A stretch of 63,911 nucleotides of DNA, counting the filler, from Octopus bimaculoides (taxonomy: Eukaryota): NCBI RefSeq assembly GCF_001194135.2. It is 7 parts of 5 records of this genome, joined end to end, with 100 filler letters (N's around TTAATTAATTAA, not from the genome) between each part and the next. Parts side by side here need not be neighbours in the genome. Positions count along the whole stretch, not along the records: positions 40,040 to 55,157 come from NC_068982.1; positions 55,258 to 58,526 come from NC_068985.1; positions 58,627 to 60,869 come from NC_069010.1; positions 60,970 to 62,656 come from NC_069010.1; positions 62,757 to 63,911 come from NW_026434021.1; 2 more parts are not named here. One strand, given 5' to 3'. The notes below the pieces were generated by a model. It worked only from the letters and a program-made list of their open reading frames with translations, made no database searches and was not told the origin of the DNA. Numbering within the stretch: the first letter of the stretch is position 1; the number at the start of each line of letters is the position of its first letter. Shown here piece after piece: positions 49,693 through 62,943 of the stretch. Position numbers and translations under genes: made by a program.

Positions 49693-50920
49693 CTCTTTTT
49701 CTATCAAACTGAAGCATATGTACTCTCAAATACTCACACACATGTATCCTGCACAATTACAATGGTGATTTCGCCAAAATTTATTATTAAGTTTTCATAA
49801 GAATTTATTTACCTTTTCTGAATGTGTACCAATATGTGTGTGTGTGTGTGTGTGTGTGGATTTGAGTATGTATTGTATATGTGTTCTGGCGTATTAACAA
49901 TTCTGCCAGCTTGCTGCTTTAATCTGGAATTTAGTATTAAAATAAACACAAATTTAATGAACTAATACTATTGTCTTTCCATATTTCCCGATATTTTCTC
50001 TAATTATCTTTAATATATAACATATATGAAAAGAAAAACTTATGGCTTCCACATAACAGGAACAACGTCCTTTTCAGCTTATATACTGGTCACGTAACAC
50101 GTCGTTCTTTCAAGTTGGCTTTATGACAACAGTGTGTCGTCTGTTTAGTGTATTTTCTCTTTGTAGTATTTCTATCTTCCTCTCCTGAACTTTCCACACT
50201 CTATCACTCTTTCTTTCTGTCTTTTCCGTCTATTGGTGACATGTCCATTCCCTCTCTTCCTCTCTTACTCCTTACCCTTTGCCCTCTTTACGTCCACTGT
50301 AGCATTATCCTACTTTCTTACTGACTCTCTCTTGTTGCTCGTCACTCACACCTTCTCACTTTCTAGCTGCCCCCTCACTTATTTCTTCTATCTTTCCTCC
50401 TCTTGCTTTCTCATGTCATATTCTCTGATATTAGTAAAGGGACGCATTAGAAGATGAGAGAGTATCAAATCCAATGTTCGAAAATAACCTTCGAAATGGG
50501 AGAAATCGAGTGTTTTCTATGTATGTTCCGGACCAAAACACAAATCTAAGACACAAGAATGGTCATATGTAGATTGGTTTTGGTCATAACGATGTTCATT
50601 CTATGATGCTTCCACAGTTAGGCACATATGCCCACACATTTGGATTTTATAATATATGATTGTATTAGATTAGACGCTGTTAAGTTCTATTTCATAAGCG
50701 ACGTTTACAAGGGATGAATTGGATAAAATACTAAGCTTTATACTTCTTCCTGTTCATGCGACACCGATTGCGTCTATTCCTTCTTACGGACTGAACATGA
50801 CTAGTTGAAATCCTGACACAAACGCCATTAGACCCACCCTCAAGCATAATCATTGGAAACATCACATCATCTTCACCATCATTCTCCTTCTCCTTTCTTC
50901 CCTTCCTCTTCCTCCTCGTT

Positions 50921-50961
<41 letters not shown>

Positions 50962-51282
50962 TATCAATTTAGTTCCTTTTGTTGCTTCCATCTTTCAGGA
51001 TAAAAAAAAACAAAAAATAAAGTACCAATCAAGAACTGAGGTTGATGCAAACGACTATCCTCTACCTCGAAATTCTGGGCTAGTGCGAACATTTGAAACC
51101 AATAGCACGCCGGAGAAAATGCTTCGCGGCAGTTCTTCTGATTTTACGTTCTGAATTCAAATTTCACCGAAGTCGATTTACCATCCATCGTTTCGGAGTG
51201 TCGATAAACATATAATCGATTAACAACCTCCCGCCAAATTATAGCTTTGAAAAAATGTATAGCTTTGAAACAATTGTTAAAC

Positions 51283-51480
51283 AGTGGTGGAATGGCAGAA
51301 TCCTTAGAGCATCGGACAAAATGTCATGCGGTATTTCGTCCGGCTCTTAACTTTCTCAGTTCACATCCCAACATTGCCTTTCATCATTCTGGGATGATGA
51401 AAATAGAGTAGCCGGCAAATACTGGGGTCAATTTAATTGAATAACCTCTCCCCAAATTTCTGACCCTTTGTCTATGTATG
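51283..51480 (+). mobile_element. SINE family D (additional fragments 51010-51235)
   Basis: Family motif match, diverged. Confidence 0.7.
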
Positions 51481-54219
51481 AAATTATATTTACCGTTAAT
51501 AGTGAAGCGCTATATACTGGAATAGATTTAATCGACTGTGACCATCCCCTACAAATGACTGGCTTTGAGCCAATATTAGAAATCAATAACAGCATTGCAT
51601 ACTTTGGTTATCCTTCCACTATTTAACTGTGGAATTAAGATTTGATCAACATTTACATATATGCTATGCACACACATACCCAGACAGACAGTGACAGATT
51701 CACATTGTCGCACATTTATTTAATAATTCTGTTTAATAAATGCATTGCTCTAGCTATCGCTTTGAAGGTGACACTGACTGTAAATTCTTTTGATATATTT
51801 GAAAGACACAAATTCATTCGATATCATGGAAGATGGCTTTAAACCTTAAGATCTCATTAAAGGTCTTACGTTTTACAGTCACCTTCTTTAATACTGAATA
51901 AGAGAAAACATGTTTAAATTCAGCTTTTGGTAGTGGGTCTTCTTAGTTAGTTTTCTAAATCACTGTATATTTCGTCTGCATAAGAAAAGTATTTCTTTGG
52001 TTATAGAGTCTTATTTGGTTGCTCGACCTGTTAGAAAAATATCCAAATCTCAAATTGCACCCAACTATCGTAAAAGCAGAACACATTGGATTATGTAGAT
52101 CAAGATGCATTATAACCGAAAAAAAAAAAAAAACAGATGTTTTGGAATGTCTTTGATATCTAATAAGAACTGACATGAGGTTAAACAACAACGTCAATAA
52201 CAAAACAGTTCACATAAGAAGCTTTGGAAATTAGGAACAGATAAGGCAATCTACCTCAGTGATACTTAATCTTGTCTTCAAAGAAGGGACCTACCTAAAT
52301 GTGACAAATCACACCACCTCATGACCATCTAATTTATTAATGTTATTAATAGCTTGATCTTTTTTTTAACTAACATAAACCATCACTAGTTTCCTCAGAC
52401 TTTACTTTTATTGTCTTCTCTCTCTTTTATATCCAATCACAATTGTACACAATGAATCATTACACTGTTTACGAGATATAGAAATCGTTGTGGAGCACCG
52501 AAGGTCGACTCGTATGTTTATTACTCTAGGGATCCGTTATGACTCAGATGAACGTATTTCCAATCAATATGAATAATATATGCAAAATGGTACTCATTTG
52601 AAGATGAGAGAATATTGAATCCAATGTTCGAAAATAACCATTGAACTGGGAGAAATTGCGTGTTTTATAACTACGTATGTTCCGGATCTATACAGTAATG
52701 TAACAGTCAAAATAACCCATGACACTCTATCAAAACTATTTCAAGGTTAATCAATGGCAACGAATGTTTTTTTTTTTTTTTTTTAATCTGTTGATTAGAA
52801 ATTCTTTGGGACTGAATAATTCAATAGGGTAACGAGTGTGTAATTGATGTGAACTGTAAATGGTTACGGATAGAAGATGGACGGGGAATGTTAACAAGGA
52901 GGGATGTAATTTTATGAAACAAAGGTTAAAAAAATAATATTTCTTATGTGAAGTTTTGCACCGTATTTTGCCAAACTAATCTTTTCCAAATTTATAGTCA
53001 TCATTTAACCACGGTTCCTGTACCGTTAAGTGAATAAGGGATAACAATATATATATATATAAATAATAATACATATAGTTAGTCGTTGGACAATCGCTGT
53101 TATCTTTCGGAATGAACCGAAATCAGCACAGCTAGCGAACAAAGTATTGTGCAGTTGATGTTTACACCAATAAGCTATAACTCCTTCGGTTTGTATTGAA
53201 AGTTTGGTGGACTTGGTTGGTGTTAGTCAAAAGTTTTCGTCCAAAACACTATGAAGAGCATGACCTACAGCCGCTTGTCTTAGCGCCCCATACTCTACCA
53301 TTTCAGTCAACACTGTTCTCGTATTCGAAACTTATTGATATAATAATCAATACCTACAATATACACTGCAAAACACGAAATATTGATAATCTGTCAGCAT
53401 TTGACTCCTATGTAACTCAATTAAAAACAGAAAGAAAAAAAATTAAGCTACGTTAAATAAACATGTTAGATAAACTAAATGAAACAAGGTTCATACGAGA
53501 TTAGCTCGGGAAGAGTAAATATCTAACAAGCGGACAGGGATCTTCATCGAAGCGGTGAGAAACTTTGCAATGACCATATTGGTGTATTTTGTATCTTTCC
53601 CGTTAATTCAAGGTTCACCAGTTTCACATATTTGAAAGATTCTTTATTCCTGTATTTGTATTAAGACTCAGCATTTCGGCTGCAACAAGCAACACTACTG
53701 CTTCTCTTGTTATAGTAGACTGATGATAGATTGGTTCATAACAAGCCAGAGCACCACTTCTCCACTAGAGCGCAATAGTCCGCAGAACATATGTCAAACC
53801 TCAGTTTGTCAGAAGTATGCTACCAAGTAACTAGGTTGCATATAAACGTACTCTGTTAACACGCCTACAACTTATTAACAGAACTAGCCACCAAAAAATT
53901 CATCATATATGCAAATCGATCTATCGGTTTTACTTAAACTTTTAGTAATAATGGATTTATAAGCAGTACCTCAGTGGACAGATAGACATGATTCAATTGC
54001 TAAATCTCAATACAAAGTTGAAACTACTTTAACTGATCTCTGTTTATTTTTTTCTTTCTGTCTACGAAGATATTGTGAAGATATTGTATGTAAAGGCAAG
54101 GTGTGTACGTCGGTCTATTAAGAAACAAAAAAATAATAATAACCTCGTAGGATAAATGGTGTTATTGAGTTAGACATGGACTAGACCAATCTTTGGTTGG
54201 AACATATCTAATTTTTTTG

Positions 54220-54252
<33 letters not shown>

Positions 54253-54405
54253 TTATATTTCCATTGATTTTAACGTGCGAAAAGTACTGTAACATAGATG
54301 TGTATACTAATTATTTGAGCTGATCCAGAGTAACACATTACTACTGGATCAGCCGAAATATTGTATGTGTGTGCGCGCGCACATGACTGCGTAGGTGTGT
54401 GTGTG

Positions 54406-54446
<41 letters not shown>

Positions 54447-55413
54447 TTGTGTGTGTGTGTTTGTGTGTGCGCGCGCACTCCAAGTCCATGTATATTGTGT
54501 GTGACTGTAAGTGTGTGCCTGTGTTGAAGGGGATCAATATAGATACACAAATGGAACTTGGAACAGACTTATGAGCGTAGTAGAGGAGCAGATAATAGTA
54601 CCATCTGTGCCACTATAGCTTCAGTACAAAGCAGTTCAAAACAATGAAACCATTAACAATAGAAACTAATAACACTAACAACAGCAACACGATACTGACA
54701 TACAGACATGTATGGCTACCTGCTGGCAAGACATGTAAGCTGGCATCAATTTAAGTAAGAAACCATTAGACATATTAGAAATGGTAGATAAAAATGGTAG
54801 TTGTACTGTAAATCCATGTTTAGTGCAGCATGGAATTTTTCCTGCCGACGGCCAGTCTCCTCGTTCGATTTCAGGTCCCCACTGATTTGGAGTTAATAAA
54901 CCCAGCAGGTAATCAGAGACTGGAACAGTCACGGTTCTCAATGTCACTGTTTCCTGCTACGTGAAGGTGTGAAGGTGGGCGTGTATGCGAGATTTTCTAT
55001 GTATGCGTGAGTGTGCAGACACATGTACTGTTGTACTTATATTTGATGCGCGTGTGTTTGTATGTGAGTGTATATGTGTGAGAATGTATATAGATTTATA
55101 CAAATGTGTGTGTGTGTGGATATGCATGTGTGTTTATCCCCCTATATATATATATATNNNNNNNNNNNNNNNNNNNNNNNNNNNNNNNNNNNNNNNNNNN
55201 NTTAATTAATTAANNNNNNNNNNNNNNNNNNNNNNNNNNNNNNNNNNNNNNNNNNNNATATATATATATGTATGTATGTATGTATGCAAAATAAGAAGAC
55301 AAACTGTGGCAACCATTTATTTCCCTCAAATTTACTTTTATGTTTATACACAAAAAATAATAGGAAAAATATGTTAAAGAACAGAAAATGAGTGAATTAC
55401 AAAAATTAACGAT

Positions 55414-57830
55414 TTATAAATTGATTTTCCGTGCCTTCCTCTTCGCGAAATCTTGAATGACTTCATCAAAATTAATTTTATCCGCAAGGTCGCGCTCTAT
55501 GGATAGTATTGCCAAATCCGTCAACCTTGTTTGAATTATTGTTGACCTGAAGTGGTTCTGGATAAGCTTTAGTTTAGAAAAGGACCGTTCGCAGCTAGCA
55601 ATACTAATGGCACGATTTAGGAAGTGCTTTAAAAGTATTACAATATTTGGCAATGAATCAATAAGATTATATTTCTGAATAAACTGAAGAACTTGCAAAG
55701 GCCCTTCCATGTCTTCAGCGTCAACAGCCGCCAAATAATATTGTAGCCTTGCCCTTTCAACCAGAAAATTTTCTCTTTTAATATTCTCACCAAAAGCATC
55801 TACATCACAATTACACTTTTTATCTAACAAATTGAACGGTGTGAGAAAGGTGTATTTCTTTGCAATATCGTGAAGTCTTTCGAATCTAGAGGTTATTTCT
55901 TCAACCAGTCTATCTATCATTGACAACATTTCTCTTCTTAACTCAGCGTCGTAGCAGAGAGCAGCATGGATTCTTTCTTCATAGCTCATTCTTTTCCTTT
56001 TGCGAATTCGACGCTCTGGGCTGATTCCCATTTCAGAACAAATTTCGGTTGAATAGGCCAACATGTCATCTACTGTTTTGTCTCTGCTTACAAGTAGAGA
56101 AGTTTTCGACGCTGATAGTTTAATGGCACATTGTTGCAACTCCAGACCTTTTGTTTGGAGGTGCTTTTGAGTGTCATTAATTTCAGGAGGTATATCTCTC
56201 CAAAGGCCAAGAAATGACAAGAAAAAAAATGACAGGATTAAACCTGCATCAGATCTCGTAGTTGTATTTTCTGCATCTTCCATCAACCGTTCTAGCGCAA
56301 CGATGATTTTCGTGAATCTTATAAGCACAGCTTTCACTGCATCTGCTCGACTATTCCATCTCGTTTCCCCGGCCCGTTTGAAAGTTGCACCAGTTATCTC
56401 AATCAAGATATCCCATCGATGAGTTGAGGCTGAGAAGAATGAAAGTAAACGGTCGAATGTGCTAAAAAATGTAACTGAATCTGCACTTACTGAGCTGCAT
56501 GCACAGCTGCTAAATTCAGAGAGTGCATGGCACAAATACAATCTTTGGATTAGCTTCTGTGATGCGTGCTTAAACACCGGATCGATTACCTGCCATTACT
56601 GCCGCGTTATGAAATGCTTGTCCACGACAGTCTTGAATGTTAATGTCGTCCATTTCTAATTGTTTCAGAATCATTGATGTAATTTGCTCAGCAATTTTGC
56701 CTTTCATCTCAATAAAACGAAGAAAGGTTTCTTTTACTTTTACTTCCTTTTCATCTATTTTAACATAACATGGCACTTGAGAAATTTGGTCAATATGAGA
56801 TATGTCTGGAGTACTATCGCAAATAATGCAATAGTATTTACTGTTTCACTTCATCGATAACTTTCATTCTCACTTGATCTCCCAGGACGTTCACAAATTC
56901 ATTCTAAATTTTTGGTGTGAGATAGGAAGTTGTAAACTTATCGATTTTTACTTTCACCAAATGTTCACGTAACACTGGGTCGAATTTTCCAATCAGTTGA
57001 TGAAGCTCTAGAATATTTCTTTTATTTTCATTTTCCTTCTCAATTCGAATGTTTTCTCTGTGACCTCGTAAAGCTAGATTTTGTTTAACAAGAAACATAA
57101 TTATGTCCAAGAATCTAGTCAGGATTTGCTTCCATTTCTTTGTTTCATTTTCAACAAGAGTTTGTTGTTCTTTGTCTATTACATTGCCTTTGGAAAGGCG
57201 ANNNNNNNNNNTGCTTCCATTTCTTTGTTTCATTTTCAACAAGAGTTTGTTGTTCTTTGTCTATTACATTGCCTTTGGAAAGGCGAATTTCTAGCTCTTT
57301 CCACTGAGTGAACGCATTCTCATGTGCAAAGCCTGATTCGTGATCTTGTATCAACTTCCACCAAGATTTGAAACCATCAACTGAGCAAAACTTTGAGTTT
57401 TCACTTGAAAATAGCTTACAACAAAAACAAAACACGGCTTCTTTCGATGGAGAGTATGTCATCCAATTTCTCAAGATTTCCGCCCCGTTTTGTAAAGTTC
57501 GAAAAAATCAGTTTCTTGGCAGTCTTCTAGTCTCTCCTTTCAGTTTTGCCATTTGTCCTAGACGTACAATTTCTTTGAATTCACAGTCAATATTTTACAC
57601 ACCCTTCGATCCTTGTTGCACAAGGATTTCCTTAACACCTTCACCGTGATTAAACTTAGCAGGCCACATCCCAATGTTTTTAAAATTAATATTAGAGTTT
57701 TGTTCTTCAGCAGTTTGTGGCGCATCAGCATCATCAACTTCAATTTCTGCCCTCTGCAAATAAAATTTTTACAGATACAGCTGCTTACAAAAATAGGGAT
57801 TAATGTACAATTTCTTTCTATGTTCATAAT
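55414..57830 (-). pseudogene. hAT transposase (TTF zinc finger, DUF4371-like region, C-terminal dimerisation domain), frameshifted
   Basis: WMTYSPSKEAVFCFCCKLF, LVKQNLALRGHRE, DSTPDISHIDQ-like, CRGQAFHNAAVMAG, ETRWNSR, ASCERSFSKLKLI..RL..LAILSIE. Confidence 0.9.
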
Positions 57831-58355
57831 TAAATCAATGTTTTAAGGATTAGACAGAAGTCCAATAGAATAGCTCTCAGAAACAGACTACGTATAAATT
57901 CGTTCTTCACAATTCCTGAATCTGTTTTCTGNNNNNNNNNNTATATATATATATATATATATATATGTCAGTTGAGGTGTGTTCTGTTAAGAACGTATAA
58001 CAGTACAAATAGAGTTCGTTCAAAGAAGAGGCCATGTATATTGAAGCATGGAAATCTAAATTTACTTACGGAGAAAGCAACTGAGTATCGCTCGAAGAGA
58101 TACATATAGATCTTCTTCTACAGGTAAATCATTACATTATTTAATTTAAACTCAACTTTAAACCCTGTATATACGAGGATCTGTATGTATCGAACCATCT
58201 GAAGCGATTAAAAAGCTGCCTAATCGTACTTACCCTTCCTTTTGACTCTTTTACTTTTTACGCTATATATATATATATATACAATTGGGAGAGGCATTAT
58301 GCCGGTAATAAACACACGCACCGGTTCAGTCCTTTATTAATTTATATAGTTTCTT

Positions 58356-58396
58356 GTTAAATTATTTCATTGCACTCTTGCAATCTCTTCAGTAAC
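58356..58396 (-). ncRNA. Minimal hammerhead motif in a distinct TA-flanked short repeat (about 58280-58510)
   Basis: GTTA/CTGAAGA/G/ATTGC-AAGAGT-GCAAT/GAAATAAT-T/TAAC. Confidence 0.65.
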
Positions 58397-58626
58397 TTGT
58401 CTCTCCACTTCCATTTATTTTGAATATATGATCTAGCGTTGTTTTGGCGTTGCATTTCTTTCAACACACGTATCCACATCAAGAATCTTGCACACGAAAT
58501 ACACATACGAAATATATATATATATANNNNNNNNNNNNNNNNNNNNNNNNNNNNNNNNNNNNNNNNNNNNTTAATTAATTAANNNNNNNNNNNNNNNNNN
58601 NNNNNNNNNNNNNNNNNNNNNNNNNN

Positions 58627-58787
58627 CAGACGAGGACAGGTGGTGTAAATAACAAAAGGATGTATTAGTATGACGCTCGGGAATACGGAAAGTCTTTGAC
58701 GTTTCGAGCTACGCTCTTCAACAGAAAGAATACGGAGACAAGGAGAAAAACACGGAGAAAAAAAATTGAATAGTGTTCAGTCAACGG
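58627..58787 (-). mobile_element. PLE-like family F element; hammerhead motif 58693-58729
   Basis: Near-identical to 42678-42838. Confidence 0.75.
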
Positions 58788-58845
58788 TCAATCATAATAA
58801 TATATATATATATATATATATAAACATACATATATACTCACACGA

Positions 58846-58886
<41 letters not shown>

Positions 58887-59189
58887 CATACATGTATACA
58901 CACACATATGTATATACATGCATACACACACACACAGCTCATGAGGCAGACAGACAGACAGACGCTAACTCTTCCGACAATCAATGAAAGAGATAGCGCC
59001 ACCATATGTCATCCGATTTCGACTTAGTAATGGCCCCGTTCTATCTTTCTGTTTCCAGATGATCAATGCATAATCGATCGATACTATAACCCAATTTATA
59101 ACAACAACACCAGCAGCGGTAACATGATGGTAGTGATTAGGTTGTTTTTTTTTCTAATATTAGGGCTTGGGTAACACGGAGTAGTCTTG

Positions 59190-59226
59190 TGTTATATATA
59201 TATATATATATATATTTGGAATGTAC

Positions 59227-59304
<78 letters not shown>

Positions 59305-59335
59305 TATAGATATATATATATATATATATATGTAT
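59190..59335. repeat. (TA)n microsatellite
   Basis: Direct reading. Confidence 0.95.
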
Positions 59336-59379
59336 GTATATGTATTGTAGATTAAAATGTGTATACGCGTGTGTATATA

Positions 59380-59560
59380 CAAAACAATTTCAAGGAATAC
59401 GTAGGCTGGTACATCTTCAAATTTTTGCTTTTAATTTAGCAGTTAATCACACACCATAATTAGTTAATTAGCTAACTGATTTCGCTGAATAATTAACTGT
59501 TACAATTAAAAGGAAAACTTGAAGATGTACCAGTCTACGTATTTCCTTGTAATTGTTTTG
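59380..59560. mobile_element. Fold-back MITE with long TIRs
   Basis: CAAAACAATT.CAAGGAA.TACGTAG.CTGGTACATCTTCAA and its reverse complement. Confidence 0.8.
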
Positions 59561-59771
59561 GATTTTGCACTCCCGAAAAATATTCAATTCAATAATCCAG
59601 CGAAGTGAACCCGGATTCACCCATCAGAAGGATTTATTTACAGCCCTAAGCGGTTCTTGGTTGCTTCTTACTACTTCATGTGGTTCGGCAGGAACCTGGT
59701 CATACGTGGGAGCTGTTACGGTACCCGCCTGGATAATCTATCCCTAGATATTCATCGTGTGTGTGTACGTG

Positions 59772-59966
59772 TACGAGGGGATGTTGAAAAGATCAGTTAC
59801 TTATGATTTTATTCAACATATTCTCCTCTCAGACTCGCACACTAATTGCAGCAGTCCTTAAGTTTCCCAAGCGCCGTAATAAAACTCGGACGGTTGGGGC
59901 CTCCAACCAAGCCTTTTCGCAATTATCCTTAAAGCCAGGAACTTTCCAGCGCCCCCTCCCCTCGTA
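59772..59966. mobile_element. Tc1/mariner MITE
   Basis: TACGAGGGG...CCCCTCGTA; internal match to 28541-28764. Confidence 0.8.
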
Positions 59967-60346
59967 TTTATATTATATAACGTAAAGGGATAGGGGACAT
60001 TAAACCCGAGCATGTACCGGAGAAGCACTCCAGTTTAATCTAGGTTCTGGTTAACGCCAGCGAATGATACGGAACAGCAAGAGATTGTTTGAAGTAAACA
60101 ATCACACGGTATTTCACCCGATGGGTAAATCCTGAACTGGCTTTGGGTTTATACAGAGTGTATATACAAGACATTAAAAATAAGAATGGAGAATTATACA
60201 ACCACGAAGCTTGTTTATTGCAGTATTATTATATACAACACATTCCTATGATGTGATTATATAATATTGCAATAAACAAGCTTTTAGGATGAATTAATCT
60301 CCATTCTTATTTTTGACGTATTTACAAACACACACAGACAAGTAGA

Positions 60347-60397
<51 letters not shown>

Positions 60398-60969
60398 TTG
60401 GCAGATAGATAGATAGATAGATAGACAGACAGACAAATTGATAGATAGGTAGGTAGGTAGATAGATAGATAGACAGAGAGAGAGAGAGGGAGACAAACAA
60501 ATAGATAATGGTTACAAACTGCATTGTGGAATTTACGAAAAGAAATCAATTTTTTTTTTAAATGTCGAATTTCAATCGAACTTCAAAAGAACACAAAAAT
60601 AAACAGAAATAAAAATATATATATATATATATATATAAAAGAAAAAAACATTAAAAATCTTCCTAGATAAATAAAATTTTAACTTCTTTCATTGTTTATT
60701 TATTTGAAATATTTCCATTTAAAAACTTCTTCACTCAGCAATATTTCACGTTTGGTGAACGCTTGGAATCGATAGAAATCGATCTGCCATGTTTTCAAGG
60801 CACCGCCATGCTGCACACAAGAGACCCTTTAAATCAATAATGCCACAACAACGTGGCTTAGCATTCGATNNNNNNNNNNNNNNNNNNNNNNNNNNNNNNN
60901 NNNNNNNNNNNNNTTAATTAATTAANNNNNNNNNNNNNNNNNNNNNNNNNNNNNNNNNNNNNNNNNNNN

Positions 60970-61117
60970 TGTGTGGTAAGTAGCTTGCTTACCAACCACA
61001 TGGTTCCGGGTTCAGTCCCACTGTGTGGCACCTTGGGCAAGTGTCTTCTACTATAGCCTCGGGCCGACAAAAGCCTTGTGAGTGAATTTGGTAGACGGAA
61101 ACTGAAAGAAGCCCGTC

Positions 61118-61174
<57 letters not shown>

Positions 61175-61365
61175 TGTTTGTCCCCCCCACCATCGCTTGA
61201 CAACCGATGCTGGTGCGTTTGCGTCCTCGTAACTTAGCGGTTCGGCAAAAAGAGAGACCGATAGAATAAGTACTAGGCTTACAAAGAATAAGTCCTGGGG
61301 GTCGATTTGCTCGACTAAAAGGCGGTGCCCCAGCATGGCCGCAGTCAAATGACTGAAACAAGTAG
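60970..61365 (+). mobile_element. SINE family A, young, 5' end in spacer
   Basis: Family match with CpGs retained. Confidence 0.9.
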
Positions 61366-61454
61366 ATGAGTAGACCCTATCCACTAAGCCATGTGGTTCC
61401 ATTGGTGAACAAAAAACAGCAATAACAACAACATCAATAATCCATTTTAATTCT

Positions 61455-61795
61455 AAGCACAAGGCCAGTAATTTTGAGGTTGATTACATCGACCCCCAGT
61501 GCACAACTGGTATTTACTTTATCGACCCAGAAAGGATAAATGGACAAAGTCAACCTCAATGGAATTGAACTCAGAACAACATAAAGTTGGAACAAATGCC
61601 ACTAATAATCGCTTAGTGGCATTGCGTTCACCTTTACGTTCTGAGTTCAAATCCCATCGAGGTCGACTTTGTCATTTATCCTTTCGGGAGGGGAGAGGGT
61701 CGATAAAATAAGTACCAGTTGAGTATGGGGGGGGGGGCGGTTAGATGTAATCAACTTACACCCTCTCCCTTCAAACTGCTGGTCTTGTGCCAAAA
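61455..61795. mobile_element. Two SINE D bodies fused head-to-head
   Basis: Minus copy then plus copy, joined at an 11-bp hairpin 61595-61623. Confidence 0.7.
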
Positions 61796-61992
61796 GCTGT
61801 TCTCCTACCAAACTCAACGACCGGTGTTGGTGTGTTTACGTCCCCGTAACTTAACGGTTCGGCAAAAGAAGCCGGAAAAAAACCCAAATAAGTACTAAGG
61901 TCGTCGATCTCGTTAGACTAAGAAAACTGTTCAAGGCGGTGCCCCAGCATGGCCACTGCTGAAAGACCGATACAAGTAAACGATGAAACAAA

Positions 61993-62027
<35 letters not shown>

Positions 62028-62029
<2 letters not shown>

Positions 62030-62390
62030 GGCACAGGACTAGCTGTGTGGTAAGTAGCTTGCTTCCTAATCAAGTGGTTCTGGGTTCATTCCCACTGAGT
62101 GGCATCTTGGGCAAGTGTCTTCTACTATAGCCTTGGGCAGACCTAAGCCTTGTGAGTGGATTTGGTAGACGGAAACTGAAAGTCTGTCGTGTGTGTGTGT
62201 GTGTGTGTGTGTGTCCACCATCGCTTGACAACCGGTGCTGGTGTGTTTACATCCCCTGATGGAATTAATAAAGTACGAAGTTTACAAAGAATAAGGTCTC
62301 ATGGGGGAGTCGATTCCTTTGATTAAAAAAGGCAGTGTTTCCAGCATGGCCACAGTCTCAAATGACTGAAACAAGTAAAAGAATAAAATA
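62028..62390 (+). mobile_element. SINE family A, diverged
   Basis: Family match. Confidence 0.85.
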
Positions 62391-62519
62391 CACACACACA
62401 CACACACACAGACTCACAGAAACGCAGAGGCACTTGTGTATGAGTGAATATCAAAGATGCAAAGATGGGGTGGGGAGACTCAAGTAGGAATATGGAAACG
62501 AAAAGAGGAAGAAAGAAAT

Positions 62520-62554
<35 letters not shown>

Positions 62555-62943
62555 CACCACCACCACCACCAGAAGCAGCAGGGGAATGGTGGTGATGGTG
62601 GTGGTGGAGGGGAAGTAGTAGTAGAAGACACAGAAGAGTACATTGACCTCGAGAATNNNNNNNNNNNNNNNNNNNNNNNNNNNNNNNNNNNNNNNNNNNN
62701 TTAATTAATTAANNNNNNNNNNNNNNNNNNNNNNNNNNNNNNNNNNNNNNNNNNNNGGGCTACGGCTTTTTGAGTCGATGACCTAACGGTTTTATTCTGC
62801 AATTAAATTTTTATAATTATATATCTATATTAATTTTTACCTATATAGTTTTTATTACATCTGGCCACTGACAAGATCGTTAATTGATTTTATCTTTAAT
62901 AATGTATGCGTATATATATATATGCTTATATATATATATATAT

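Noticed and set aside
53720-53726. CTGATGA hammerhead core
   Set aside because: No downstream GAAA or pairing stems
57127-57286. 75-bp tandem duplication in the hAT gene
   Set aside because: Exact copies flank a 10-N gap; assembly artefact
62701-62712. Recurrent TTAATTAATTAA motif as a biological signal
   Set aside because: Always centred in 100-bp N spacers; synthetic linker
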